Shown: piece after piece, positions 11,253 to 21,299 of the stretch
Layout: every line of letters begins with the position of its first letter
Numbering within the stretch: the first letter of the stretch is position 1
Source: Gloeobacterales cyanobacterium
GTDB taxonomy: Bacteria; Cyanobacteriota; Cyanobacteriia; Gloeobacterales; PMM-0068
Direction: 5' to 3'
NCBI GenBank assembly: GCA_038245785.1
Contig: JBBRSB010000007.1
Location: 87,338 to 151,337 of the forward strand
Length of the DNA stretch: 64,000 bases
Program-made: the position numbers and the translations under genes
Notes under the pieces: generated by a model
Database searches by the model: none
Told to the model about the DNA's origin: nothing
Seen by the model: the letters and a program-made list of their open reading frames with translations, nothing else

Positions 11253-11960
11253 TCAAAGTTTCGAAACAAGCTCAGCACGTCGTTCTTTCACAATTGTAGG
11301 AATATACCTATTTTTACTATCTTGATCTTCGAAACCAAGTCGCTGGTAAACATTACCACCTATACCGGGAAGAACTTCACCCTTAGCAGTGCGCTTTTCA
11401 TCCTTAGCAAAGTAGAAAAATTGAAACTTATTATATACGGCTTTTTCGAATTCATTCTTTAGCTTTTGTTCTGCTTGAGCATGAATTACAGGCGCTACTA
11501 TAAAGATTTTTTCAGGCTCAATACTTTGGATAAGATCGGAAAGATTTGTCTTGACGACACAAGCACCAGAAATAATAGACTTAACAATGATTAGATAATT
11601 CACATCTTCATTTGCTGGCTCTTGATATTTCCTAAGAATTGGTGCAACTTTTAAATCTTCCATCTCAAAAGGAGAAAAGTGTTGATTCCAGAAACACGCA
11701 AAAGAAATTTTTCTAACCTTACCTTTTAAGGATTGAAGTATGCCTTTAGCTAAAAAATCAGCATCTTCAACTGTGCATGCAAGATACACACTAGCCTGGT
11801 CACTACTAATCTGATCTAAAAGTGCATTACCTAAATTCAGTCCAATTTCAAACATAGCTTTCTTATACACTTCTGGCATCGCTTCTTTATTAACCAATGT
11901 GTCGAGTAAGTCGTGCACATTTTCGTACTGATAGAAGAGCTTTGAAAATTTCCTTTTCAT
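11253..11960 (-). CDS. Divergent uracil phosphoribosyltransferase (type I PRTase)-fold protein
   Basis: C-terminal DEKRTAKGEVLPGIGGNVYQRLG resembles UPRT (DE.L...GYIVPGLGDAGDRLFG); N-terminal LLDTL...PEVYKKAMFEIG helix; PRPP-loop position reads LIIVKSIISGA. Confidence 0.6.
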   Translation of the reverse strand: MKRKFSKLFYQYENVHDLLDTLVNKEAMPEVYKKAMFEIGLNLGNALLDQISSDQASVYLACTVEDADFLAKGILQSLKGKVRKISFACFWNQHFSPFEMEDLKVAPILRKYQEPANEDVNYLIIVKSIISGACVVKTNLSDLIQSIEPEKIFIVAPVIHAQAEQKLKNEFEKAVYNKFQFFYFAKDEKRTAKGEVLPGIGGNVYQRLGFEDQDSKNRYIPTIVKERRAELVSKL

Positions 11961-12856
11961 ATTAAAAAACTCTCTAGTTCCTCAAAGGATTTGGGTCTGT
12001 CTCTTCTAACAAGTTTTTGGAAGTTTGCAAATTTCGCGGTATCACAGCTATACGGTAGTGTGCCCCTGCCGAGCCCGTTTTTAAATTCCCAATGCAGAAA
12101 GCCTTTCGAGAAGTTATAGGTGAAATCCTGAATACTGTCAAGGATCTCTTTGGTCTCAGCTCCTAAGTCAAAGGCTACATTAAGGGGAGGCCGTATGAAT
12201 GAGGGGTTACAATCATGGGCTTTTGTCAACACTTCTAGAACAGAAGCATTAGACCTATCGCTTGAGCACCAAGCTCCAAGGAGTACTGTAGCAGCACACT
12301 CAATTTTATCTCTTTCAGGATTATCAGAACAACAGAGATACTCCACGGCTTTTTTGAATTCAGGTTCTTGATCAAGAACTTTCATTAGGCTGGAGTCATG
12401 ACAAAAGTGAATTACCTGACTATATAGTTTAATATCTTCAGGCATCTCATCGGTTAATTTGTCTTTAAGATTTGGGGAAGATACTACTAAGCTAACTTCT
12501 GATTCTCTTTCCTTTGATTGATTTAGCTCATACTGTTTTTTAAAATCATCAGATATTGACTTTTCGCCCACATCCCAGCTCACACTTGATTTGTTTTTGA
12601 GTTGATAATGTTGGAGAGGGCTTTTTGTTTCTCGATTTATGATTAAGTCATCAACAAAAGCAAGAATTTGACTAGAGCAAATGATACTTTCCTGGCCCTC
12701 AATTACTTCCTTTGATAAACGAGCCAACTGATAAACAGTAAAGAAGTTTTCATAGGTATTACCCTTAGCATTGCTAGCTCCACCTCTATTCTTATTTTTC
12801 AAATATTGGAGAGTTTCATCACCAAAAAGCTTTTCGATATCTTTATCTTCGTACAT
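11957..12856 (-). CDS. Cap4/DUF4297-like PD-(D/E)xK endonuclease-domain protein
   Basis: RGGASNAKGNTYE...FVDDL...HYQLK matches the GG..A..G..YQ / DD / QxK signature; start set at ATG 12856 (299 aa); ATGA overlap with next gene. Confidence 0.65.
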   Translation of the reverse strand: MYEDKDIEKLFGDETLQYLKNKNRGGASNAKGNTYENFFTVYQLARLSKEVIEGQESIICSSQILAFVDDLIINRETKSPLQHYQLKNKSSVSWDVGEKSISDDFKKQYELNQSKERESEVSLVVSSPNLKDKLTDEMPEDIKLYSQVIHFCHDSSLMKVLDQEPEFKKAVEYLCCSDNPERDKIECAATVLLGAWCSSDRSNASVLEVLTKAHDCNPSFIRPPLNVAFDLGAETKEILDSIQDFTYNFSKGFLHWEFKNGLGRGTLPYSCDTAKFANFQKLVRRDRPKSFEELESFLI

Positions 12857-12887
12857 ACAGACTGTGTTCGCGAGATTCCAAATTTGG

Positions 12888-14096
12888 TCACGGTTTGCGA
12901 TGGACCTGGGACCAAACTCTGGTGGGCAAGCCCCAGACATAGATAAAGCCTTCTGCTGCCTTGTGGTCGAAGATATCGCTGGAAGTGTAGGTCGAAAGCT
13001 CTTCGCTGTAGAGTGAGAGGTCTGCTTTGCGTCCCACAACCGTGCAGGTTCCGCGATGGAGTCGGACTCTCGCTGTCCCAGTTACAACCTGTTGGGTTTC
13101 TCGTACAAACCCATCCAAGGCCATCTTAAGCGGGCTGTACCAAAGGCCGTTGTAGACCAACTGGGCATAGGTCGCTTCTATCTGCTGTTGCTTGTAGAAA
13201 GTGACTTCTTTGGGCAAGGTCAGCGCTTCCAGTTCTTGATGGGCACGAATCAAAACCAGCATCGCCGGGGATTCATAGATTTCGCGGGATTTGATACCGA
13301 CCAAACGGTTCTCCAGCATGTCGATACGACCAACCCCGTTGTCTCCAGCCATCTGATTGAGACGGTCTACCAGTTCAACAGGGCTTATTTTTTCTCCATC
13401 CAGCGTTACTGGAATTCCTTGAGCAAACTGGATTTCAACATAGGTAGGTTCCGCCGGACAGTCATTCACTGACTTGGTCATGGCATAGACTTCTTCAGGA
13501 GGCTCGGCCCAAGGGTCTTCGAGAATGCCGCATTCAACCGAACGACCCAGAATATTCTGGTCGATGGAGTAGGCAGACTTTTTCTTTACGGGTGAGGGAA
13601 TGCCGTACTTTTCACCGTATTCAATCGTCTCTTGCCGCGAAAAACCCCATTCCCGTGCGGGAGCAAGCACTTTTAAGGTTGGGTCCAGTGCCGCAATCGA
13701 CACATCAAAACGCACTTGGTCATTGCCTTTGCCCGTACAACCATGTGCCACCGCATCACAGCCTGTCCTGTGGGCAATATCCACTAAGATTTTGGCAATC
13801 AAAGGACGAGCCAGTGCCGTTGCCAAAGGATAACGGCCTTCGTAGAGCGCATTACTCTGCAGTGCCGGGAAAGCATACTGTTCGATAAATTCTTGGCGCA
13901 CATCTTCGACGTAGGCTTCAGCAGCTCCTGATTTCAAGGCTTTCTGTCGGACAGCTTCCAGGTCCTCGCCTTGTCCCAAATCCGCTGAGAGCGCAACCAC
14001 GGCTTCACAGCCCCATTCGTTCATTAAGTATGGAATGCAAACAGAAGTGTCCACTCCACCGGAGTATGCAAGAACGACTTTTTTAGCCCGCCCCAT
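12888..14096 (-). CDS. argG: Argininosuccinate synthase
   Basis: [41 protein letters not shown]. Confidence 0.98.
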   Translation of the reverse strand: MGRAKKVVLAYSGGVDTSVCIPYLMNEWGCEAVVALSADLGQGEDLEAVRQKALKSGAAEAYVEDVRQEFIEQYAFPALQSNALYEGRYPLATALARPLIAKILVDIAHRTGCDAVAHGCTGKGNDQVRFDVSIAALDPTLKVLAPAREWGFSRQETIEYGEKYGIPSPVKKKSAYSIDQNILGRSVECGILEDPWAEPPEEVYAMTKSVNDCPAEPTYVEIQFAQGIPVTLDGEKISPVELVDRLNQMAGDNGVGRIDMLENRLVGIKSREIYESPAMLVLIRAHQELEALTLPKEVTFYKQQQIEATYAQLVYNGLWYSPLKMALDGFVRETQQVVTGTARVRLHRGTCTVVGRKADLSLYSEELSTYTSSDIFDHKAAEGFIYVWGLPTRVWSQVHRKP

Positions 14097-14153
14097 AAAG
14101 TCACCGAAAAAGTATCGTGATCATAGCCCATAGGGGTTGCATAGGACTAACCA

Positions 14154-14405
14154 GTGGCTTCACGATCCCTAAAGCTAGGAGAACTCCATTCAATAAAGGC
14201 TTTAGAAGATCTGTGCAACCTTCCGCAAGTACGATGCCATGAACCAGTAGGTGACCGCTCAGGTCAGCTTTCAGTAGATTTGGATCATCCTTATCGTCTT
14301 ATCTTCGAGCCTACTGAACCAATTCCAAGAAAGACAGATGGTGGGCTCGACTGGGAAAAAATAAACTCCATTATGATTCTTGGAATAGAGGATACCCATG
14401 AGTAA
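14154..14405 (+). pseudogene. HigB/RelE-like (killer protein) toxin, apparently 5'-truncated
   Basis: C-terminal RCHE..GDRSGQLSVDLDHPYRLIFEP...DGGLDW...ILGIEDTH is family-typical; usual N-terminal part absent; overlaps antitoxin start. Confidence 0.65.
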
Positions 14406-15486
14406 TACTATTCAAAACCAGTACACACCGAATTACGTTGCACATCCAGGAGAAACACTTTTAGAAACTCTTGAAGCTCTTGGGATGTCTCAGGCAGATT
14501 TAGCAGATCGAACAGGTAGGCCCAAGAAAACCATTAATGAAATCATTCACGGAAAGTCAGCAATCACTCCAGAGACCGCACTGCAGTTAGAGCGGGCTTT
14601 ACGTGTGCCAGCCAGTTTTTGGAACAATCTCGAACGAAATTATCGAGAATTTCTAGCCAAACAGGAGGAGCAAAAGAAACTACAGGATCAAGTTGAATGG
14701 CTCAAGAAAATCCCTGTTAACGATATGAGTAAGCGAGGATGGATTCAGCTTTACAAAGACAAAATCCAACAACTTCGGGAAGTCCTCACCTTTTTCGGAG
14801 TTGTCTCTCCTGAACGATGGAAAGAAGTATGGGGAAACATGCCCGTAGCCTTTCGGAGATCTTCTGCTTTTGAGAGCAGCCCTGGTGCGATTACAGCCTG
14901 GCTCCGCAGAGGAGAAATTGAAGCTCAAAATATTTACTGTGCATCCTATGACGCTGGGAAGTTTAGGAAAGTACTACAACAAATCCGTTCTTTAACTACT
15001 GAATCTCTAGAATTTTTTCAACCGGAAGTAGTGCGTTTATGTTCTAAAGTAGGCGTGGCTGTAGTATTTGTACCAGAGCTTCCCAAGACACATGTTTGTG
15101 GCGCAACACGTTGGTTAAAGTCTGATAAAGCGCTCATTCAACTTAGTCTCCGCCACAAGACTGATGACCACTTGTGGTTCGCCTTTTTTCACGAAGCAGG
15201 TCATGTTCTTTTGCATGGAAAGCATGATGTTTTCCTTGAGACCGACAATAACGATGATCCCAAAGAGCAAGAGGCAAATGACTTTGCTGCGAACTTTCTA
15301 ATCCCTGAGGCGGAATTACGAAAGTTCACTAGGTCAAATCATCAATACACCAAAGTGGCTATCCAGAAATTTGCGGCCGATATTGGAATTGCACCTGGAA
15401 TTATTGTAGGGAGGCTTCAGCATGCCAAGCTTCTACCACAAACCCATTGCAACGACCTGAAACGTCGATTTACTTGGGCAGTATAG
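14398..15486 (+). CDS. higA: HigA-family antitoxin: XRE HTH fused to ImmA/IrrE Zn-metallopeptidase
   Basis: HPGETLLE, MSQADLADRTG, ITPETALQLE, FWNNLE; HEAGH and EQEANDFA. Confidence 0.9.
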   Translation: MSNTIQNQYTPNYVAHPGETLLETLEALGMSQADLADRTGRPKKTINEIIHGKSAITPETALQLERALRVPASFWNNLERNYREFLAKQEEQKKLQDQVEWLKKIPVNDMSKRGWIQLYKDKIQQLREVLTFFGVVSPERWKEVWGNMPVAFRRSSAFESSPGAITAWLRRGEIEAQNIYCASYDAGKFRKVLQQIRSLTTESLEFFQPEVVRLCSKVGVAVVFVPELPKTHVCGATRWLKSDKALIQLSLRHKTDDHLWFAFFHEAGHVLLHGKHDVFLETDNNDDPKEQEANDFAANFLIPEAELRKFTRSNHQYTKVAIQKFAADIGIAPGIIVGRLQHAKLLPQTHCNDLKRRFTWAV

Positions 15487-15628
15487 TATTCACGATGCTC
15501 TGTAACTTTGTATATACTTCGAGGCAAGGGCCTGAAACCCAACCCGCAAGCTCGGTAAGGCCATTAACCATGAGCCCTAGTGCTTTTGTGCTTTAAGATC
15601 TAATTAATTAAGGTTTCTTCCTACCGCC

Positions 15629-16564
15629 ATGTCATCCATCTTCGATTGGTTTGCAGACCGCCGTAAATCCCAGAATGCTCCGATCAGCCCGGAGCATCAG
15701 CAGCGGGAAATCGCTGATGGCCTGTGGACCAAGTGTGAAGAATGCAGTGCTCTGCACTACACCAAGGACGTACTTGAAAATAATTTGGTCTGTCCTTCCT
15801 GCCAGCATCACAACAAAGTCGATGGCCCTCAACGCATTGCCCAGCTCATAGACCACGGTAGTTGGAGCCCAATCAACGAACATTTACGGTCCATGGACCC
15901 TTTGCAATTTGAAGACATCAAACCCTATGCCGAGCGTCTCCAGCAAACCGTCCAAAAAACGGGATTGACCGATGGAGCCTTAACGGGCTTTGGAGCGATT
16001 AAGGGCTACCCGGTGGGCCTCGGGGTAATGGATTTTCGATTCATGGGCGGCAGTATGGGCTCGGTGGTAGGCGAAAAGTTTACCCGATTGATCGAGCAGA
16101 GCACAGACCGAGGGGTGCCCGTGGTGATTGTCTGTGCTTCAGGAGGAGCGCGGATGCAAGAAGGAATGTTTAGTCTGATGCAGATGGCTAAAATTGCTGG
16201 AGCGCTCCAGCAACATCAAGAAGCCCGGTTGTTGTACATTCCCATACTCACCAATCCCACCACCGGGGGCGTTACCGCTAGTTTTGCCATGTTGGGAGAT
16301 ATTATTCTCGCCGAACCGAAAGCGATGATTGGTTTTGCCGGTCGCCGCGTGATTGAACAAACCTTGCGCCAGAAATTACCCGACGATTTCCAAACTGCTG
16401 AATCCTTGATTCAGCATGGTTTTGTCGACCAAATTGTGCCCCGTCCAAAACTCAAAACCACCTTGGCGAAGCTACTGCGCTTACACCAGCGCCCTGATTA
16501 CACCCATAAAATTAAAAGTTCTCAAGAAGTGCCTCCCTTAGTTCCACCCATTGCTCCCAGGTAG
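15629..16564 (+). CDS. accD: Acetyl-CoA carboxylase carboxyltransferase beta subunit
   Basis: GLWTKCEEC...CPSC Zn finger, [33 protein letters not shown]. Confidence 0.98.
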   Translation: MSSIFDWFADRRKSQNAPISPEHQQREIADGLWTKCEECSALHYTKDVLENNLVCPSCQHHNKVDGPQRIAQLIDHGSWSPINEHLRSMDPLQFEDIKPYAERLQQTVQKTGLTDGALTGFGAIKGYPVGLGVMDFRFMGGSMGSVVGEKFTRLIEQSTDRGVPVVIVCASGGARMQEGMFSLMQMAKIAGALQQHQEARLLYIPILTNPTTGGVTASFAMLGDIILAEPKAMIGFAGRRVIEQTLRQKLPDDFQTAESLIQHGFVDQIVPRPKLKTTLAKLLRLHQRPDYTHKIKSSQEVPPLVPPIAPR

Positions 16565-16664
16565 GTTTGGCGTCAGGCGTGACAAACTGCATATTTAGTT
16601 CATACTGAACAGATTGGGTCTAGGTTTTCACGGTAATTTTTCGTACACCTAGAACCAGGTATAT

Positions 16665-17702
16665 ATGCTGAGTCGCATTGCTGAATATCACTTCTGGATG
16701 GGCCGTTACATCGAACGGGCAGAAAATACTGCCCGCATGGTTTTGGATAACTACCAAACGCAGCTAGACGCCAAGGAAGATGAAACGCGCTGGGGATTGA
16801 TTCTTGATATTTTTGGCGAAGGGGAAGAGTACCAAAAACGCTATTCAGAAGAAATTGTCGCGGGCAAGGTAGAGCAGTTTTTAACCCTAGACATGACCAA
16901 CCGTAGTTCTATTCTTTCCTGCATCACCCAGGCACGGGAGAATGCCAGAGGCATCCGCGACCAGATTTCATCAGAGGTCTGGCTGACCTTAAACCGACTT
17001 TATCTGGACCTCCGACAGCTTCAATGGGAAGGATTAGGAGACGCGAAGGCGGTTGATTTTTACGAGAAGGTAAAAGAAAGCGCTCAGTTGATTCATGGTC
17101 TATTGCATAATACTTTGCTGCATGGAGCAGGCTGGAACTTCATTCGGACAGGGCGTTTTATAGAGCGTGCTGCTCTGGTAGTCCGCTTATTGCAGATACG
17201 CTATCAAGCCTACAACCCAGAGGGAATTGATAGACCAAACAACATTCAGCAGTGGTACTCCGTTTTGCGCTCCGTGAGTGCCTTTGAGGTCTACTGTAAG
17301 CTTCATCACGCTACTGTTACGCCCAGAAATGTCGTAGGCCTCTTAGTTTTTCATCCCCAATTTCCCCATTCACTTCATTACGCAGCAGCCCATCTCTATC
17401 GGTCCTTGGGAGCCATTCATAAAGACCGCATGTTCACGGGTATGGCAGGCACACCCAACGATGAAGCTCTACGCTTAGCAGGAAAACTTTTATCAAACCT
17501 GGAATATGGATCTTTAGATGAAGTTTACGAGATGGGGGTTGTAGCCTATCTCAAAGATTTTGAACAAAAGCTCTATCCGATTAGCAACCTGATTAACCAG
17601 CAATATTTCTGGTCCCAACAGCCCCTAAACACAACGCCAGCTCCTACCATCCAGGTACAAAAGACCTTGCAGTCTTCACCAGCCAAGGCGCTCCAAGTCT
17701 AG
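16665..17702 (+). CDS. Alpha-E domain protein (DUF403)
   Basis: MLSRIAE..FWMGRYIERAENTAR, ARENAR..RDQIS.E.W, GRFIERA, FPHSL. Confidence 0.9.
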   Translation: MLSRIAEYHFWMGRYIERAENTARMVLDNYQTQLDAKEDETRWGLILDIFGEGEEYQKRYSEEIVAGKVEQFLTLDMTNRSSILSCITQARENARGIRDQISSEVWLTLNRLYLDLRQLQWEGLGDAKAVDFYEKVKESAQLIHGLLHNTLLHGAGWNFIRTGRFIERAALVVRLLQIRYQAYNPEGIDRPNNIQQWYSVLRSVSAFEVYCKLHHATVTPRNVVGLLVFHPQFPHSLHYAAAHLYRSLGAIHKDRMFTGMAGTPNDEALRLAGKLLSNLEYGSLDEVYEMGVVAYLKDFEQKLYPISNLINQQYFWSQQPLNTTPAPTIQVQKTLQSSPAKALQV

Positions 17703-18335
17703 GTCACTTGCGGCTTTGCTCAGCGTCTCCGGGCTAAAATCTTGGAGATAAGGAATGGTACCTAGGACAGGAGTCAGGCATAAATTCTCGATCACCTTTT
17801 TGGGTGCCCAGTCAGGAGAGACATTAGGTTCAGGGCAACAGAGGATAATTCCCTTGAGGTCCAGCGCAAGGCTCCGGCAGTAGTGACTGTAGATAGCCAG
17901 ATGTCCCAAGACCCCCAGGCGCACAGGAGCGACCAAGACAAAGGGTAAATGCCACTCTTGAACCAATTCGCCCAAGGGCGTTTCTAAAGTCATCGGACAC
18001 CCCAAACCGCCCGGTCCTTCCATCAACGTTAGGCTATGGGTGGTCTGCACCTCTTGAAATTTTTGCCAGATTTTTCCCAGCTCCACCCGTTGGCCTTCTT
18101 GGGCTGCAGCCAAAGGTGGTGCTAAAGGAGCCTCAAAAGATTGACCGCAGACCTTAGTAACTTCTGGTAAAACTTGTCCATAGGTTTCCATATCCCCAGG
18201 ACCACACTGCACTAGTTTGAAAAGGGCCAGCGATTGTTCAGGATAGTAGCACTGCCAGTAGGCTGCCAGGCAAAGCGTCGTAATCGTTTTTCCGACACTA
18301 GTATCCGTAGCCGTTATCAGTAGTTGCCGATGCAC
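17676..18335 (-). CDS. bioD: Dethiobiotin synthase
   Basis: ITATDTSVGKT P-loop, PLAPPLAA, MEGPGGLGCP. Confidence 0.9.
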   Translation of the reverse strand: MHRQLLITATDTSVGKTITTLCLAAYWQCYYPEQSLALFKLVQCGPGDMETYGQVLPEVTKVCGQSFEAPLAPPLAAAQEGQRVELGKIWQKFQEVQTTHSLTLMEGPGGLGCPMTLETPLGELVQEWHLPFVLVAPVRLGVLGHLAIYSHYCRSLALDLKGIILCCPEPNVSPDWAPKKVIENLCLTPVLGTIPYLQDFSPETLSKAASDLDLERLGW

Positions 18336-18400
18336 AGTGTTTCCCTATTGTTGGCATTCCACCAGCTTACCTAGGGTGTGGTCTTTGGGCTCTCCAGCTT

Positions 18401-18943
18401 TTAGAAACCGAGATTAATGCCTGTGCCCGGTGTGCGTATCCTTACTGCCCCATTTTGAATCTGGACCTGGGAGTTGGGCGTTGCGACATTTACAGAAGAG
18501 TTTCTGTCGTCGTTATCGTAATCATTGTAAGGATCGTAGGAATTGTTGGTTTGATACGTGCGTTGCTGACTAACGCCACCGTTATTCGTACCAGAGCTAT
18601 AGGTAGACTGAGAGCTGCGGGAATAGCCCGTACCGTTAGGGCTTGTGGTGGTGGAGCTTCGGTTGTAGGTGTAGCCATTCCCATTGTTAGAGCTATAGTT
18701 TCCAGGACTGTAGAATCTATTGCCGCCCTGGCGTAAGCAAGAGGAGCGATAAAAGTCCAGCTTGCGGTCGTTTATGCCAAAAGACTTACCCTGACGCGCT
18801 TTCTTTTCCAGCTTGTGAGAGAGTTTTGCACAGAAGTTGTCATCATCGTCATCATCATGAGCTTTAGCACTCGGACTAAAGGCACTGCTGACCAAGCCCC
18901 CAAGTATTAACGTCAAAGCAAGTACATGAATAGTTTTAGACAT
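18401..18943 (-). CDS. Secreted low-complexity hypothetical protein
   Basis: Signal peptide ending AKA, poly-Asp, two Cys, S/N/G/T/Y-rich region. Confidence 0.7.
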   Translation of the reverse strand: MSKTIHVLALTLILGGLVSSAFSPSAKAHDDDDDDNFCAKLSHKLEKKARQGKSFGINDRKLDFYRSSCLRQGGNRFYSPGNYSSNNGNGYTYNRSSTTTSPNGTGYSRSSQSTYSSGTNNGGVSQQRTYQTNNSYDPYNDYDNDDRNSSVNVATPNSQVQIQNGAVRIRTPGTGINLGF

Positions 18944-19189
18944 GACGGCATTCCTTATATTAAGTAGCCCGTGTACGGAGTATGTTGATGGCCAATATAC
19001 GCCTCAATCCTAGAATTCATCATGGTTGCAAGCGTATCCACAGTTGCGCATTCGCGTAAGGATCTTGCGGGGTTGCTCTATAGCGCTAGAGCGTTAGCCA
19101 AAGACTCTTACCCTGTGGTGAAGATTATGAATCGCAGGCTTGGCCATAGAGTTTGATAATATAATTCAGCTCCGAATAAGACCCTCAAA

Positions 19190-20770
19190 ATGCCCAAAGC
19201 GCTTGTTAGCGACCCCATAGACCAGGCAGGAATCGATATCCTGTCTCAGGTAGCCCAGGTGGACGTGCGGACGGACCTCACCCCTGAGCAGCTCCTTGAA
19301 TGTATTGGTGACTATGATGCTCTGATGATCCGTTCTGGAACCAAAGTGACCAAAGAGGTTATTGAACGAGGTCAACGCCTAAAAATTATTGGAAGAGCAG
19401 GTGTGGGCGTAGATAACGTCGATGTGCCTGCCGCTACGCGCAAAGGAATTGTGGTAGTTAACTCTCCAGAAGGGAATACCATCGCAGCTGCAGAACATGC
19501 CCTGGCGCTCATGTTGAGCCTTTCTCGCTATATCCCTCAAGCCAGCGTCCTCCTAAAGGACGGGAAATGGCAGCGTAATTCGTTCATCGGCACAGAAGTT
19601 TATAAGAAAACCTTGGCCGTCTTAGGTTTGGGGAAAATTGGTTCCCATGTTGCGCGGGTCGCACGGGCGCTGGAAATGGATGTCATTGCCTACGACCCCT
19701 ATATCTCCGAAGACCGGGCCAATCAGCTTGGCGTGCGTTTGGTAGATCTGCCTACCGCTTTCCGAGAAGCAGACTACATCACCCTGCATCTGCCCAAGAC
19801 CAAAGAGACGGAAAACCTGATTAACAAAGATACGTTTGAGATCATGAAGCCAACGGCTCGAATCATCAACTGTGCCCGTGGCGGCATTATCAACGAGCAA
19901 GACCTCTACGAAGCCCTTAAGGCTGGAAAAATTGCCGGGGCTGCCCTCGATGTATTTGCCGAAGAGCCCCTCAAGAATTCTCCTCTTTTCGAGCTGGACC
20001 GAGAGATTGTGCTTACCCCGCACTTGGGCGCGTCTACAGAAGAAGCGCAGAGCAACGTTGCCATTGATGTAGCTGAACAAATCCGGGATGTCTTATTGGG
20101 CTTACCCGCTAAATCAGCCGTGAATATTCCCGGTTTCCGGCCCGAAATTCTACAGGAATACAGAGCGGACCTGCGCTTGGCAGAACTTTTAGGAACGCTG
20201 GCAGGTCAACTCGTGGGGGGTCGGGTCGATACCTTGGAGGTGCGCCTTCAGGGGGATTTGGCGGAAATGAATCCTCAGCCCATAGTCGTAGCCTCCCTCA
20301 AAGGACTCTTGACACCAGCCCTGAGAGAGCGCGTTAACTATGTAAATGCTTCTATCGAAGCGAAAGAACGGGGCATCAAAGTCATTGAAACGCGGGATGA
20401 CTCTACACGGGACTATGCTCGGTCTTTGCACATTAGTGCCACAGCCGGTTCAGTCACAAAATCGGTCACAGGAGCGATTTTGGGAGATGAAGAGGCTCGC
20501 ATCATCAATATCGATGGCTTCCCAATTAACGTAGCGCCGACCCAGTACATGTTGATTACCTTGCACCGCGATATGCCAGGGATTATCGGGAAGGTTGGTT
20601 CTCTGTTGGGCAGTCACAATGTCAACATTGCAGGAATGCAAGTTGGCCGCAAAATCATTCGCGGAGATGCGGTTATGGTCGTTTCCCTAGATGACCCCCT
20701 AGCCGATGGCCTGATTTCTGAAATTGTTCAGGTAGCCGGTATCCGAGAAGCTTCGATGGTGGAGCTGTAG
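19190..20770 (+). CDS. serA: D-3-phosphoglycerate dehydrogenase
   Basis: GRAGVGVDNVD, GLGKIG, NCARGGII, TPHLGAST, C-terminal ACT domain (DMPGIIG). Confidence 0.97.
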   Translation: MPKALVSDPIDQAGIDILSQVAQVDVRTDLTPEQLLECIGDYDALMIRSGTKVTKEVIERGQRLKIIGRAGVGVDNVDVPAATRKGIVVVNSPEGNTIAAAEHALALMLSLSRYIPQASVLLKDGKWQRNSFIGTEVYKKTLAVLGLGKIGSHVARVARALEMDVIAYDPYISEDRANQLGVRLVDLPTAFREADYITLHLPKTKETENLINKDTFEIMKPTARIINCARGGIINEQDLYEALKAGKIAGAALDVFAEEPLKNSPLFELDREIVLTPHLGASTEEAQSNVAIDVAEQIRDVLLGLPAKSAVNIPGFRPEILQEYRADLRLAELLGTLAGQLVGGRVDTLEVRLQGDLAEMNPQPIVVASLKGLLTPALRERVNYVNASIEAKERGIKVIETRDDSTRDYARSLHISATAGSVTKSVTGAILGDEEARIINIDGFPINVAPTQYMLITLHRDMPGIIGKVGSLLGSHNVNIAGMQVGRKIIRGDAVMVVSLDDPLADGLISEIVQVAGIREASMVEL

Positions 20771-20883
20771 GGTGGAATGCTCAAGCGTAGAGATGTAACA
20801 CTCTCTATAGCAGAGCCAAACGCTTCTGAATGGTTTGATAATGTAGGGATAGAGCTAGATCTCCCTTTTTGAGGACAATAATC

Positions 20884-21210
20884 ATGAGCGATGGAAGTCC
20901 TAAGCGAAATTTCCCTGAAGAAATTAACCTAATGGGCGGCCAATTGGTCGACAAGGTTAAAGACTTAATCCAGGAAGGCAATGTCCGTCGGGTGATCATC
21001 AAAGACCAGTCAGGGAAGATCCGCCTGGAAATTCCTCTAACGGTTGGGGTGGTGAGTGCTGCAGGACTTACACTTTTTGCTCTCCCTCTAGCTGCCGTAG
21101 GGGCCTTAGCCGCTCTGGTCACCCAGGTCAAGGTTGAAGTAGAACGGTACGATGAGGACGACAAAGAGCCCGACAAAGGCCCGACCACCATTGATATTGA
21201 TGGGGATTAG
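20884..21210 (+). CDS. DUF4342 domain protein
   Basis: LVDKVKDLIQEGNVRRVIIK...LEIPLTVG. Confidence 0.85.
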   Translation: MSDGSPKRNFPEEINLMGGQLVDKVKDLIQEGNVRRVIIKDQSGKIRLEIPLTVGVVSAAGLTLFALPLAAVGALAALVTQVKVEVERYDEDDKEPDKGPTTIDIDGD

Positions 21211-21299
21211 CTAAAAAAGGATGAGTTAAACCTTCTGGTTAGGGGCGCATCGTTAAGACGCGCCTATTTTTGACCCAGCACATAGAAAGGAGAGCCAAA

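Noticed and set aside
12857..13039. N-terminal 61 aa of the 360-aa ORF overlapping argG
   Set aside because: Alternate-frame overlap with the conserved argG 3' end; AT-rich composition and motifs begin at ATG 12856
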